A stretch of 36,760 nt of DNA from Candidatus Micrarchaeia archaeon (GTDB lineage Archaea > Micrarchaeota > Micrarchaeia > Burarchaeales > JAVZCV01): contig JAVZCV010000009.1 of assembly GCA_038874215.1 (NCBI GenBank), positions 1 to 36,760 on the forward strand. The letters run 5' to 3'. This document shows positions 26,914-36,276 of the stretch, piece after piece. Below the pieces are notes generated by a model that saw nothing but the letters and a program-made list of their open reading frames with translations, did not search any database and was not told where the DNA came from. Positions within the stretch are counted from its first letter, which is position 1. Each line of letters starts with the position of its first letter. A program made the translations under genes and the position numbers.

Positions 26914-28422
26914 TTATATCTTTGTTGTCTTTTCATAAAACAACAAGCTAAATTTGTTTCGGGAAGAAGCTTCCACATTCTTGTGCAAGCTTGCACCCGT
27001 TGAATCCATCGTAACGAGTGCCCTGAAATCGTCAACGCGCAGCTTCCATATCGCTTCCGCCATTCCAAATTCTTCTAACATGAAGACCCCTTCAACATTC
27101 TTTACTGCTGCTGCAGCAGTTTGCGCCGCACCCCCTATCGCTGATAAGTAGACTGCGCCGTGTTTTTTAAGAGCATCAGCACATTCATCTCCAAGCCCGC
27201 CTTTACCGATTATAACGCGAACGCCATATCTCTCAATAAGCAGAGGGATGTACCTATTCATTCTTGCGCTTGTAGTTGGGCCTGCGGCAACCACTTCATA
27301 ATTACCATCGGTTTTCCTCATTATGGGGCCGCAGTGATAAACTCCATACCCTGTCCCGAGCTTTTCCCTCATGTCGTTTTCCAACGCGTATCTGTGCGCC
27401 ATGTCCCTCATCGTGTACAAAACTCCTGAGAGCGAAACGAAGTCACCAACCCGCAGTTGCTTGATTTCTTCTTCATTGGGAGGCAGTTTGATTTTCTTGA
27501 AACGGACGGGAATGACTGGGGTGTGGGTTTTTTTCGTATTTCCGATTTTATACCTTATTTTTCCATTCCGCAAATCATATGCCATCTCGCCTCTCCTGCA
27601 CGCCCAGCAGGAAAACGCGATTGCCACAAAATATGAAGCGACATGCCTATGTGCGAATGCAATTTTTACGCTTATTGCGGTTGTCTTACCGCCCAGACCA
27701 AGCGGGCCTATCCCAAGACTGTTTATTTCTGAGAGCAATCTTTTTTCAAGCGCACGTATTCGCCTGTTTTTGTTCTTCGCATCAATCGGAAGAAGAAGTT
27801 GCTCTTTTGCCAGAGCAAGTGTTGCATCGCATGCACCACCCACCCCAACGCCGATTAAGTAGGGAGGGCACCCCCTCCCCTGTGCGTTGAGCACTGCATC
27901 AAGAACGCATAGGCGCACTCCGTTGATATCCCTCTCTGCGCCTATTCTCTTATCAGGAAGCTTGTAGATTGCGCAGATGTTTTCGCTCCCACCCCCTTTA
28001 AGCATTAGCGAAATGCGAATTCTGCTCTCGTCGGTTTCTTTGAAATGTATGAGTGGGAACATAACTCCCGTGTTATCGCCGCTGTTCTTCCCCGTTAGGG
28101 CATCTGTTGCATTTGACCTGAGGGGCACTTTGCGTGTTGCGATTCTTGTCGCCTCTTTTATCGCAGCGAAAAGCTCTCTTTCGCCAACTTCTTTTGGGCG
28201 GCAAACGAAGAAGATCGGCATTCCAGTATCCTGGCATATTGGCAAGGCGGTTTTCCTTGATATTTCGCAGTTTCTTAGAATTTCGGAAAGTGCAAAGCGT
28301 GCAACGCTCTTTTCTTTTTTTAATGCTGCATAAAGATGGGAGGATACATCTTCTGGGAGTTCTGTGGCGCATCTCCTGTAAAGCTCCACAAGCCCCTTAA
28401 CGAAAGCCTTTCTTCGGAACAT
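26914..28422 (-). CDS. Class I Fe-S fumarate hydratase, fused alpha and beta domains
   Basis: PICQDTG, KGGGSEN, GCPPY-IG-G-GG, GLGG-TT, CWACRR; then RDMAH, GPTTSARM, IIGKGG, GMAEAIW. Confidence 0.88.
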   Translation of the reverse strand: MFRRKAFVKGLVELYRRCATELPEDVSSHLYAALKKEKSVARFALSEILRNCEISRKTALPICQDTGMPIFFVCRPKEVGERELFAAIKEATRIATRKVPLRSNATDALTGKNSGDNTGVMFPLIHFKETDESRIRISLMLKGGGSENICAIYKLPDKRIGAERDINGVRLCVLDAVLNAQGRGCPPYLIGVGVGGACDATLALAKEQLLLPIDAKNKNRRIRALEKRLLSEINSLGIGPLGLGGKTTAISVKIAFAHRHVASYFVAIAFSCWACRRGEMAYDLRNGKIRYKIGNTKKTHTPVIPVRFKKIKLPPNEEEIKQLRVGDFVSLSGVLYTMRDMAHRYALENDMREKLGTGYGVYHCGPIMRKTDGNYEVVAAGPTTSARMNRYIPLLIERYGVRVIIGKGGLGDECADALKKHGAVYLSAIGGAAQTAAAAVKNVEGVFMLEEFGMAEAIWKLRVDDFRALVTMDSTGASLHKNVEASSRNKFSLLFYEKTTKI

Positions 28423-28512
28423 ACGTATATTTCGCAATAAATATTTAGTTGGCTTTCTTTGTATGCTGAAGGGCTTTTTAAATTTAGCATTTAAACCAAT
28501 AGTGGTGGATGC

Positions 28513-29982
28513 ATGCGTGTTTCAATAGAGAAGAAAGGAATTGAGGAAATAGAAACTGATGCGATAGCCCTTTACGTTTTTGAGGATGGGTATGACGCAT
28601 CTCTGAGATTGCTTGACGGAATATGCGGCAGAATGCTCATAAGCACTATGGAAAGGCGTGGGTTTAAGGGAAAGAAAGACGAGGTTTTTTCAGCAAATGT
28701 AATGATAAAGGGCGAGACTAAGCTCGTGCTTGTTGGCGGGCTTGGCAAGAAAAGCGAGTTTAGGATTGAGAGGATAATGCGCACAAGCGCAGCGCTTGCA
28801 AAGGCATGCAGAAACGCTGGCGCAAAAAGCCTTAGCATAATTCTCAATATTGAAGGAACTCTTGAACCTGAGGACATAGTCCGAGCGAGCGTTGAGAGCG
28901 TTTTGCTATCGCTTTACAAATTTGAGAGATACAAGAAGGAGAAGGAGGAGAAGCAGCTTGGCTGGGTTGTTTTTATAACAGATATGCTTGGGGCAAAGGA
29001 GCAGGAGAGTTTTAGGAAGGCAAGAATAGTGGCTGAGTGCGTGAACTTTGTGAGGGATATTGTGAACACTCCTGCGAATGAGGCAACTCCTTCAAGGATA
29101 GCAGAAATTGCGCAGAACGTCGCAAAAGAGCACGGTTTGCGCATAAATGTTCTCACTGAGGCGGATATGAAAAAACTTGGGATGAATGCCCTCGTTGGAG
29201 TTGCGAAAGGAAGCAGGGAGAAGCCGAGAATGGTTGTGCTTGATTACAACCCGAATGCGAAAAAAACAGTCGTGCTCGTTGGGAAAGGAATAACATTTGA
29301 CAGCGGGGGTATATCTTTGAAGACTGGAAAGGATATAGAAAAGATGAAATATGACAAATCTGGTGCGATTGTAGTTCTCGGTGCTGTTAAGTGTGCAGCA
29401 ACACTTGGGCTGCCTATACGCGTTGTTGGCATAATGCCGCTTACTGAAAACATGCCCGGTGGAAGCGCACAGAAACCCGGCGATGTAGTGAGGGCCATGA
29501 ACGGCAAAACGATTGAAATAGCAAACACCGATGCGGAAGGCAGGCTAATCCTTGCGGATGCGCTCTCGTATGCGCAGAGATACAAGCCCGATGCAGTGAT
29601 AGATATCGCAACCCTTACCGGCGCATGCGTCATAGCGCTTGGAAGCGCTGCCTGCGGCGTTATGGGAAACGACCAGGAGCTTATAAACAAGATACTGGCT
29701 GCTGGAGAAAAGTGTGGTGAGAAGGCTTGGCAGTTGCCTCTATGGGATGAATACAGGGAGATGATTAAAAGTGATATAGCTGATGTCAGGAACATAGGAA
29801 GCGAGAGAGGTGAGGCAGGAGCGATAGTGGGAGCCGCATTTTTGGAGAACTTCGTTTCATATTCTTGGGCGCATCTTGATATAGCTGGGACTGCATGGAG
29901 CGATAAAGAAAACCTGTTTGGAACAAAAGGGGCAACGGGATTTGGAGTTAGGCTGCTTGTTCGTTTATTAGAAAATATGTGA
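28513..29982 (+). CDS. pepA: Leucyl aminopeptidase (M17)
   Basis: VGKGITFDSGG, MKYDKSG, NTDAEGRLILAD, ATLTGA, HLDIAG. Confidence 0.96.
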   Translation: MRVSIEKKGIEEIETDAIALYVFEDGYDASLRLLDGICGRMLISTMERRGFKGKKDEVFSANVMIKGETKLVLVGGLGKKSEFRIERIMRTSAALAKACRNAGAKSLSIILNIEGTLEPEDIVRASVESVLLSLYKFERYKKEKEEKQLGWVVFITDMLGAKEQESFRKARIVAECVNFVRDIVNTPANEATPSRIAEIAQNVAKEHGLRINVLTEADMKKLGMNALVGVAKGSREKPRMVVLDYNPNAKKTVVLVGKGITFDSGGISLKTGKDIEKMKYDKSGAIVVLGAVKCAATLGLPIRVVGIMPLTENMPGGSAQKPGDVVRAMNGKTIEIANTDAEGRLILADALSYAQRYKPDAVIDIATLTGACVIALGSAACGVMGNDQELINKILAAGEKCGEKAWQLPLWDEYREMIKSDIADVRNIGSERGEAGAIVGAAFLENFVSYSWAHLDIAGTAWSDKENLFGTKGATGFGVRLLVRLLENM

Positions 29983-29992
29983 GGTGGTATCC

Positions 29993-30196
29993 ATGGCGAA
30001 GTACAGGATAGTAATTGATAGAGAGGGGTGCATAGGGTGTGGCACATGTGCAGCACTCTGCCCTGACAACTGGCAGATAGCCGAAGATGGGAAGTCAAGC
30101 CCGATAGAAACAGAGGTAGATGAGATAGGGTGCAACCAGCAGGCGGCAGATTCATGCCCTGTTGGCGTTATAAAAATTGAGAAGCTGGGGAAGTAG
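29993..30196 (+). CDS. Single-cluster ferredoxin
   Basis: CIGCGTCAALCP...SCPVGVI; SD GAGGTGG. Confidence 0.92.
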   Translation: MAKYRIVIDREGCIGCGTCAALCPDNWQIAEDGKSSPIETEVDEIGCNQQAADSCPVGVIKIEKLGK

Positions 30197-30200
30197 TCTT

Positions 30201-30980
30201 TTATCTCCTAAAGTAAGGCAACCGCCCATAACCCAAAATCTCCCCACATTTTTCGTAATTCCATGGATGTAGCATAAGCCCTGGCCCCCACGTTTCATAT
30301 GTTCCGTCAGGATTAACCTCAACATTGCCGATTGGCGAAACTGCTTCCCCATTTCCTATATAAATGGCTACGTGTGTCACGTGAAATAGGTCGGCAGCAT
30401 ACCTTCTTCCGTAGAATATTAAATCGCCAGGCTTCAGATTTTCCAACCGCACCTTAATTGGGCGCGTGCCATCTTTCAATGCGAAATTGTTGAAAAGGGC
30501 CTGCGCATTCATGTCGGGGAGATATATCTCTAGTTCAGCGAGGCATCTAAGAACAAAACCAGAGCAGTCTGTAAATTCATCGTTCTGGCCTCCCCAGCCA
30601 TATTTTGGCGGGTTTTTTGTTAGAATGGAAATTGCTTTTTCAGAAAAGTCGGCCGCAGTTGCTTTCCCGATACCACGCCCGTATGCGTGGGGGACTGCGT
30701 GTTGCATATGTTCTATTTGGTACGCTTCGGAATAGGCGGTTTGATTGGCATTTTTCCATTCTTCCCATTTCTTTGCAAATGCACTACTGCGCTTGCATGT
30801 GTCTTCTATATCAGATAGTTGGCATAATATCATCGTAGCCCAGTATGCCTTTGCCTCATCGTCTTCGTTTTTTTGGGCATTCTGATACATGCGAAGGTAA
30901 TAGGCGAGGTTTATCGTTGCGATATCCATTTTGCTACTCTTCTTTTCAGCATCGTTTGTTTGTTTAGTGCGGTAGGTCAT
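30201..30980 (-). CDS. NlpC/P60 (C40) cysteine peptidase with an unknown N-terminal domain
   Basis: KYGWGG, TDCSGFV (Cys nucleophile), LKPGDLIFY, THVAIYIGNG (catalytic His), terminal YGR. Confidence 0.85.
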   Translation of the reverse strand: MTYRTKQTNDAEKKSSKMDIATINLAYYLRMYQNAQKNEDDEAKAYWATMILCQLSDIEDTCKRSSAFAKKWEEWKNANQTAYSEAYQIEHMQHAVPHAYGRGIGKATAADFSEKAISILTKNPPKYGWGGQNDEFTDCSGFVLRCLAELEIYLPDMNAQALFNNFALKDGTRPIKVRLENLKPGDLIFYGRRYAADLFHVTHVAIYIGNGEAVSPIGNVEVNPDGTYETWGPGLMLHPWNYEKCGEILGYGRLPYFRR

Positions 30981-31021
30981 ATGATTACCTATTATATATT
31001 ACGCATCCAGAATATATATGC

Positions 31022-31399
31022 ATGAGCACATACGATAAGGGGGCAAGGAGCGAAAGAGAACTCATAGAGATGTTCTCAAAGAGGGGTTTCTCGGTAATGC
31101 GTGCTGCTGGCTCTGGAGTCGGGGGCTCGCCAGACTTGCTCGCATTCAAAAAGGGGAAGTGGTATGCATTTGAGTGCAAGGCTTGGGGAAGCGGGAGCAT
31201 AATGGTGAGCAAGGAGAGGTTTAGAAAATTAAAAGAATGGGAGGAGAACACGGGAATAACTACGATGCTTGCATGGCGAATTAAGAGGTTTGGGTGGCTA
31301 TTCATCCATCTTGACATTTTGGATGCGCATAGGAAAAACTACACAATAACAATGAAAAAAGCGATGCTCGTCGGGCGCAGGTTTGAGGACCTTGCTTAG
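31022..31399 (+). CDS. hjc: Archaeal Holliday junction resolvase
   Basis: KGARSEREL, GFSVMRAAGSG, PDLLA, AFECK. Confidence 0.93.
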   Translation: MSTYDKGARSERELIEMFSKRGFSVMRAAGSGVGGSPDLLAFKKGKWYAFECKAWGSGSIMVSKERFRKLKEWEENTGITTMLAWRIKRFGWLFIHLDILDAHRKNYTITMKKAMLVGRRFEDLA

Positions 31400-32649
31400 G
31401 CTTTAGTTATGCGCCGCATTATTTTTAGAGCGCAGAAATCACCACACATGCTGCACGCATCAGAGGAAGTTCCTCTCCTTCTCCTGTACTCTATTGCCTT
31501 TTCTCTGTCCAGAGAAAGGGAGAACTGCTTGCCCCAATCAAGCGCAAATCGTGCCTTGCTCATTTTTTTATCCCACTCGGAATCTTTGCCTTTTGCGATG
31601 TCTGCTGCATGGGCCGCTATTTTGGCAGAAACCGTCCCCAGCCGTATATCTTCTATATTCGGGAGAGCGAGGTGCTCGCTTGGTGTCACAACGCACAGCC
31701 ATGCTGCACCAGCATATGCTGCAATAGCACCCCCTATTGCAGATGTTATGTGGTCGTAGCCTGGCGCTATGTCTGTGACCAATGGGCCGAGAACATAGTA
31801 TGGTGCGCCCACGCATAGTTTTTTTTGCAATTTCACATTCTTCTCTATCTCTTGAAGAGGCATATGGCCTGGCCCCTCGCATATTGCTGAAACGCCTTTT
31901 TTCCAGGCACGCTTAACAAGCTCTGCTTGCATGCGAAGCTCGTGCAGTTGTGCCCTGTCAGACGCATCGCACACAGCGCCCGGCCTGAGCGCATCCCCTA
32001 TGCTTATAGCAACGTTGCTTTCTTTCAGAATTTCAAGTATGTAGTCATAGTTCGTGTAGAGTGGGTTTTCTTCGCAATTCGCCTCCATGTACGAAGCGAT
32101 GAAGCAGCCACCCCTGCTGACAATCTTCATAACGCGCTTTTTCGCGAATTCAAGCCCTTTCCTCGTAAGTGCGGCATGAACCGTCACAAAATCTACGCCT
32201 GCACGCACATGTTCTGCAATTGCGTTTAAGATATCGTCTTCGCCCATCTCCCATATATTTCTCTTGCTGTAGTAAAACTTCAATCCCGCCCAGTATATCG
32301 GGACAGAGCCGACGGGCACTGGTGAAATTTCAACAACCTGTTTCAATGCCTCTTTGTAGTTTTTTCCGGTGCTCAGGTCCATGATGGTGTCTGCCCCACA
32401 CTCAACTGCTGTTTTGAGTTTTTCCCGCTCATCGGCAAGGCTTCCGTAGTCGGGGGATGTGCCGATGTTCGTGTTTATCTTCGTTGTTAGTAGGCTACCG
32501 ATCCCAGTCGGTTTACCGTTTTTCACAAATAGGACGATGCGGCCTTTTGCGATTTCCCTGCGCACCCTCTCTTCCGAGATTCGTTCTCTTCTTGCCAATT
32601 CCCGCATTTCCTTTGAAAGTGTTCTCTTTGCTTCAAGCATGAATGTCAT
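31396..32649 (-). CDS. thiC: Phosphomethylpyrimidine synthase
   Basis: KINTNIGTS, DTIMDLSTG, VSRGG, GDALRPG, EGPGH, GYDHI, TPSEHL, CSMCGDFC. Confidence 0.92.
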   Translation of the reverse strand: MTFMLEAKRTLSKEMRELARRERISEERVRREIAKGRIVLFVKNGKPTGIGSLLTTKINTNIGTSPDYGSLADEREKLKTAVECGADTIMDLSTGKNYKEALKQVVEISPVPVGSVPIYWAGLKFYYSKRNIWEMGEDDILNAIAEHVRAGVDFVTVHAALTRKGLEFAKKRVMKIVSRGGCFIASYMEANCEENPLYTNYDYILEILKESNVAISIGDALRPGAVCDASDRAQLHELRMQAELVKRAWKKGVSAICEGPGHMPLQEIEKNVKLQKKLCVGAPYYVLGPLVTDIAPGYDHITSAIGGAIAAYAGAAWLCVVTPSEHLALPNIEDIRLGTVSAKIAAHAADIAKGKDSEWDKKMSKARFALDWGKQFSLSLDREKAIEYRRRRGTSSDACSMCGDFCALKIMRRITKA

Positions 32650-32696
32650 GAAACCACGAAAGGATTTTAGGCTAAAAATATAAAAAGCATCCAAAG

Positions 32697-33899
32697 ATGG
32701 ACGTTATAGCCTTAAATACCAGCAGTGTAGTATCTGCTATGGAAAAGATGATTTCTTTTCTCTCGCGCCTTGTTGCTGTGCCTACTGATGTGGAGAAGAA
32801 GGAGAATTACGTTAAGTGCGCTAGGCTTATAGAAAGGGAAGCCAAAAGAAGAGGCCTTGTTGCACGCACCTATGTCCATACTCCCAAAGACGGAAAAGGG
32901 AGGGCAAACGTAGTGGTGGAAGTTTGTGTGGGTGCTGAGAAAACTCTTCTGATAGCGACGCATTATGACGTTGTGCCAGCGGGCGAAGGATGGAAAAAAA
33001 ATCCATTCAAGATGGTCGTTGAAAGAGGGCGTGCATATGGCAGGGGAACGAGCGACGATAAGGGAGCAATAGCATGCGCTATTGAGGCGCTTGAAGAGCT
33101 CAAGAAGCGGAAAAGCTCGGGCTTTAATCTCATTTTGGCTGCGACATGCGATGAGGAGGTTGGAGGAAACGAGGGGCTTGGCTACCTCATAAATAAGGGC
33201 TTCGTGAGGCCTGATTGCGCCATAGTTCTTGATGCGGGCATCACGCCTGCTATTGCATCAAGCGGAGTGGTTTTTGGTAGAATAAACGTGCATGGGAAAC
33301 AGGGGCATGCGGGATGGCCAAGAAGGTGTGTGAATGCGCTTGAACTATCAATTCCGCTTATGGAAAATCTTTTGAGGGTAGGCAGAAGAAAGAAGTTGTC
33401 CCGCTTCTGGATAGCGGGCGCACGAAACCCAGAGAAGGTATATAGGCGCTTTTCTTTCACCATGATAAAATCTGGCATGAAAGCGAACATAATCCCTGGT
33501 GAATGTGAAATAACGTTTGACATGCGCCTTATCCCAGAGGAAGACGCGAGGGCGGAAATAGAAAAGCTATCATCGGAATTTTATTCTTTGATAAGAAAGC
33601 TGGGAATAGATGCGGATATTGAGTTCTTTCATGTGCAACCAGGGTATTACACTGATGCAGGGAACTGGTTTGTGAGATATGTTGGGGGCATTCTTGATGT
33701 GGGGCTGAATTCTACGATGGGGGGTAATGACGGTTCCCATTTGTCAAGAAAAGGCATACCCGTTGTTTGTTTCGGACCCACGAGGGGAGAAAACAATGCG
33801 CACGGGAAGGACGAGTTTGTATATATAGACGACCTGCACTTCGTGAGAGATAAACTCATAGAGGTGGCTGAGGGATGGGTGGAAAAAAGAGGGAAATAG
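32697..33899 (+). CDS. M20 metallopeptidase/deacylase (ArgE/DapE family)
   Basis: HYDVVP, YGRGTSDDKG, DEEVGG, GKQGHAG, NIIPG, AHGKDE. Confidence 0.9.
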   Translation: MDVIALNTSSVVSAMEKMISFLSRLVAVPTDVEKKENYVKCARLIEREAKRRGLVARTYVHTPKDGKGRANVVVEVCVGAEKTLLIATHYDVVPAGEGWKKNPFKMVVERGRAYGRGTSDDKGAIACAIEALEELKKRKSSGFNLILAATCDEEVGGNEGLGYLINKGFVRPDCAIVLDAGITPAIASSGVVFGRINVHGKQGHAGWPRRCVNALELSIPLMENLLRVGRRKKLSRFWIAGARNPEKVYRRFSFTMIKSGMKANIIPGECEITFDMRLIPEEDARAEIEKLSSEFYSLIRKLGIDADIEFFHVQPGYYTDAGNWFVRYVGGILDVGLNSTMGGNDGSHLSRKGIPVVCFGPTRGENNAHGKDEFVYIDDLHFVRDKLIEVAEGWVEKRGK

Positions 33900-34933
33900 C
33901 AAATATAGAGCTGCATTATCTTTGCGAAGAGCTGCGAATGCTTGTTGGTAGGCGACTTTCAAATTTTTATGAAATTGGGGAAAACTGGTTCGGCTTGAAG
34001 TTTGAGAAGATTGATGTAGAGTGCGTGCTGAAGGAGCGCATAAACATCTCTAAAGGCTTTGAAGCGCCTAAAACACCAACGAATTTTGCAATGGGAATAA
34101 GAAAGCATATCAGGGGCGTTCGCCTAAAATCAATCATGCAACATGAGTTGGATAGGATATTGGTTATGGAATTTGAAGGCGGGAAAAAACTTGTTTTTGA
34201 GATGTTTTCAAACGGGAACCTTGTTCTTCTTGATGAAAAAAACACCATACTGCAATGCTACAGGAGTGAGGAATGGCGTGGCAGAAAAATCGCAAGGGGG
34301 GAGCCGTATGTTTTTCCAGCCTCTGAAAAAAAGAGCCCTTTTACTATAAGCTATGGGGAATTTGCTCAAGTAATGGACGACGAATTATTCGCGATATCTG
34401 CTTTTACAAATAAGGTGAACCTTGGTGTCAGCTATGCGAAGAAAGTTTTTGCAAGGGCCGGGGTAGATGAGAAAAAGGTGGCGGGAAGCCTAAGCGATGA
34501 AGAGAAACGTAAACTCTACGAGAAAATGAGGGAGATGTTGGCTGAGAAGCCAAGACCAACGGTTTATGAAGATGACTATACGATTTTCCCAGACAAAGAG
34601 GGGACGACATTCCGGACTATTTCAGAGATGCTTGAAAATTTTTATTATGGCAGGGATGTTGCAAAAGTTCAACACGAAGACGAGAAAAAGAAAAAACTGC
34701 TGCAAAAGCTTGAGAAGCAGAAGGAGGTGCTTGAGGAGTTAAGGAGAAAAGAGGAAGAATGCAGGGCTGTTGGGGATGCGATTTACTCAAACAAGGAAAG
34801 AATAGAACGTGCGCTTGAACTCATCCACTCGTATAGAAAGGCTGGTATCGGCTGGGAAGAAATAAAGGCAGAGCTATCAAAAATGGGTTTTGAGGTTGAT
34901 GAAAAAAAAGGGAAGATGTGGTTAGAGGTTTAG
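33875..34933 (+). CDS. NFACT-family (Rqc2/RqcH/NEMF) protein, N-terminal half only
   Basis: PTNFAM-IRKHI, QHELDRI, FEMFSNGNLVL, R-I-G-PY-FP, HhH region and coiled coil ending GDAIY; no NFACT-R domain before the stop. Confidence 0.82.
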   Translation: MGGKKREIANIELHYLCEELRMLVGRRLSNFYEIGENWFGLKFEKIDVECVLKERINISKGFEAPKTPTNFAMGIRKHIRGVRLKSIMQHELDRILVMEFEGGKKLVFEMFSNGNLVLLDEKNTILQCYRSEEWRGRKIARGEPYVFPASEKKSPFTISYGEFAQVMDDELFAISAFTNKVNLGVSYAKKVFARAGVDEKKVAGSLSDEEKRKLYEKMREMLAEKPRPTVYEDDYTIFPDKEGTTFRTISEMLENFYYGRDVAKVQHEDEKKKKLLQKLEKQKEVLEELRRKEEECRAVGDAIYSNKERIERALELIHSYRKAGIGWEEIKAELSKMGFEVDEKKGKMWLEV

Positions 34934-35353
34934 CTAACTTTCAATGAAATCGGCAAGCAGGTCTTCAGCCTCCTCTTTCTTGTCAACTTTTAATGCGTAG
35001 TAGCCAGTATCGTTGCTTTCAAAAACGAGGTATACGTTCTCTATGTTTATCCCGTTGTCGGCAAGAAGGCGGGCAACTTTTGAAAGCTCGCCAGGCTTGT
35101 TCACCAGTTTTACAACTATTGAATTTGAAGGCAAAACGTTGAAGCCGTTTTTCCGCAGAATTTCACGAACATTTTTTTCTGTTGCGGTGGTAATGTGTAT
35201 GACGGCTCTTCCGCTTATTGTGCTTGCGGACATGCTCTCTATGTTAATTCCCTCTCGCGCGAGCGCCTCAGATATATCGGCAAGAAGCCCTATGCGGTCT
35301 TCTTCTATAATGGTGAAATGGGTTATTTTCTTCCGCTCTTCGCTCTTTATCAT
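34934..35353 (-). CDS. Tandem ACT-domain protein
   Basis: DRIGLLADI-L-GINIE and NKPGELSKV-L-GINIE repeats. Confidence 0.88.
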   Translation of the reverse strand: MIKSEERKKITHFTIIEEDRIGLLADISEALAREGINIESMSASTISGRAVIHITTATEKNVREILRKNGFNVLPSNSIVVKLVNKPGELSKVARLLADNGINIENVYLVFESNDTGYYALKVDKKEEAEDLLADFIES

Positions 35354-35382
35354 AGATACCTATGTTGAATGCCTCGCAACTC

Positions 35383-35397
35383 ATATATAAACTTTGA
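35383..35397 (-). promoter_or_regulatory. BRE/TATA promoter of the ACT gene
   Basis: TCAAAGTTTATATAT on the - strand, about 30 nt upstream of ATG 35353. Confidence 0.6.
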
Positions 35398-35433
35398 TGC
35401 AGAAATCGCTACGGTGATTTGTTGGGGAGGACT

Positions 35434-35482
35434 GATAAAAAAGAGAAGAAGAACTGGCATCATAGAAGAAGAAAAAGAAGGG
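35434..35482 (-). terminator. Putative U-rich archaeal terminator of the trp operon
   Basis: Pyrimidine/oligo-T tracts on the - strand (CTTCTTTTTCTTCTTCT; TTCTTCTTCTCTTTTTT) 40-90 nt after the trpA stop. Confidence 0.4.
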
Positions 35483-35521
35483 GGAACAAACCACGCGCAG
35501 GAGCGCCTAATGGAAAATCCC

Positions 35522-36268
35522 CTAAAGCGTAGCCTGCTTGAAGTCAATAACCATCTTCCTTATCTTACCAAAAACGGCTTTTGCAGGAGTGTTTTTTATC
35601 GCCTCTATATAAGCACTTCCGATTATGATTCCATCCGCGCCTGCGATGGCGAGCGCCCGCACGTGCTCTGGCTTTGATATGCCGAAGCCAACATAAACTG
35701 GCTTTTTTACTATCTTCTTAACGCGCGAGAGCGCATCAATCGTCATCTGCGAGATTTCGCTTCTTGTCCCCGTCACTCCAAAAAGCGCAAGCATGTACAA
35801 GAACCCAGTCGTGTGTTTTTCTATATCTTTTATCCTTTCCGCAGGCGTATTCGGAGCAACGAAGAAAACAGTTTTTATTCTGTTTCCATTGCATGCGCAG
35901 ACGAATTTTTCAGATTCTTCAACTGGCAGGTCTGCGATGGCAATCGCCCAAACGCCATTCCTTTTAGCCAGTTTGACAAATTTTTCTAAGCCAAACGAGT
36001 ATATGCTGTTGTAATAGGAAAGGAGCATAACACGCTTTCCGCTTTTTGCTATTTCTGAAGCGATTGCAAGCGCCTTTTTCGGTGTCATTCCATTTTTAAT
36101 TGCGGTAGAGCATGCCTCCTGTATTGATGGGCCGTCTGCGATTGGGTCGCTGAACGGAATGCCAAGCTCTATCACATCGCTTCCAGCTTCAGCCATTTCC
36201 CTCGCTATGCGAACGCATCTTTTTTCGTCAGGGTATCCCGCCGTTATATAGGAGATTAGCTCTGCCAT
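35522..36268 (-). CDS. trpA: Tryptophan synthase alpha chain
   Basis: YITAGYPD, IELGIPFSDPIADGP-IQ, DLPVEE, GVTG, VGFGIS, IIGSA. Confidence 0.97.
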   Translation of the reverse strand: MAELISYITAGYPDEKRCVRIAREMAEAGSDVIELGIPFSDPIADGPSIQEACSTAIKNGMTPKKALAIASEIAKSGKRVMLLSYYNSIYSFGLEKFVKLAKRNGVWAIAIADLPVEESEKFVCACNGNRIKTVFFVAPNTPAERIKDIEKHTTGFLYMLALFGVTGTRSEISQMTIDALSRVKKIVKKPVYVGFGISKPEHVRALAIAGADGIIIGSAYIEAIKNTPAKAVFGKIRKMVIDFKQATL

Positions 36269-36276
36269 GGAAAAAC

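Noticed and set aside
29244-30155. 303-aa minus-strand ORF
   Set aside because: Antisense shadow of pepA and ferredoxin; no recognisable motif.
31396-32649. ThiC paralog BzaA/B/F for the B12 lower ligand
   Set aside because: Single copy with no cobT or bza neighbours, and thiM/thiE are present, so ThiC is the simpler call. A phylogeny would settle it.
32650-32696. TPP riboswitch before thiC (or thiM)
   Set aside because: The intergenic gaps are only 47 and 37 nt and lack the TPP aptamer core.
28513-33899. pepA + NlpC/P60 + M20 as a murein-peptide recycling cluster
   Set aside because: Mixed orientations, interrupted by hjc and thiC; no amidase, epimerase or transporter to support it.
35350-35677. 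Small ORFs or a C/D-box sRNA (TGATGC...CTGA) between the ACT gene and trpA
   Set aside because: The ORFs overlap trpA and the promoter and are low complexity. The C box is imperfect, the span is short and I could not identify a guide target.
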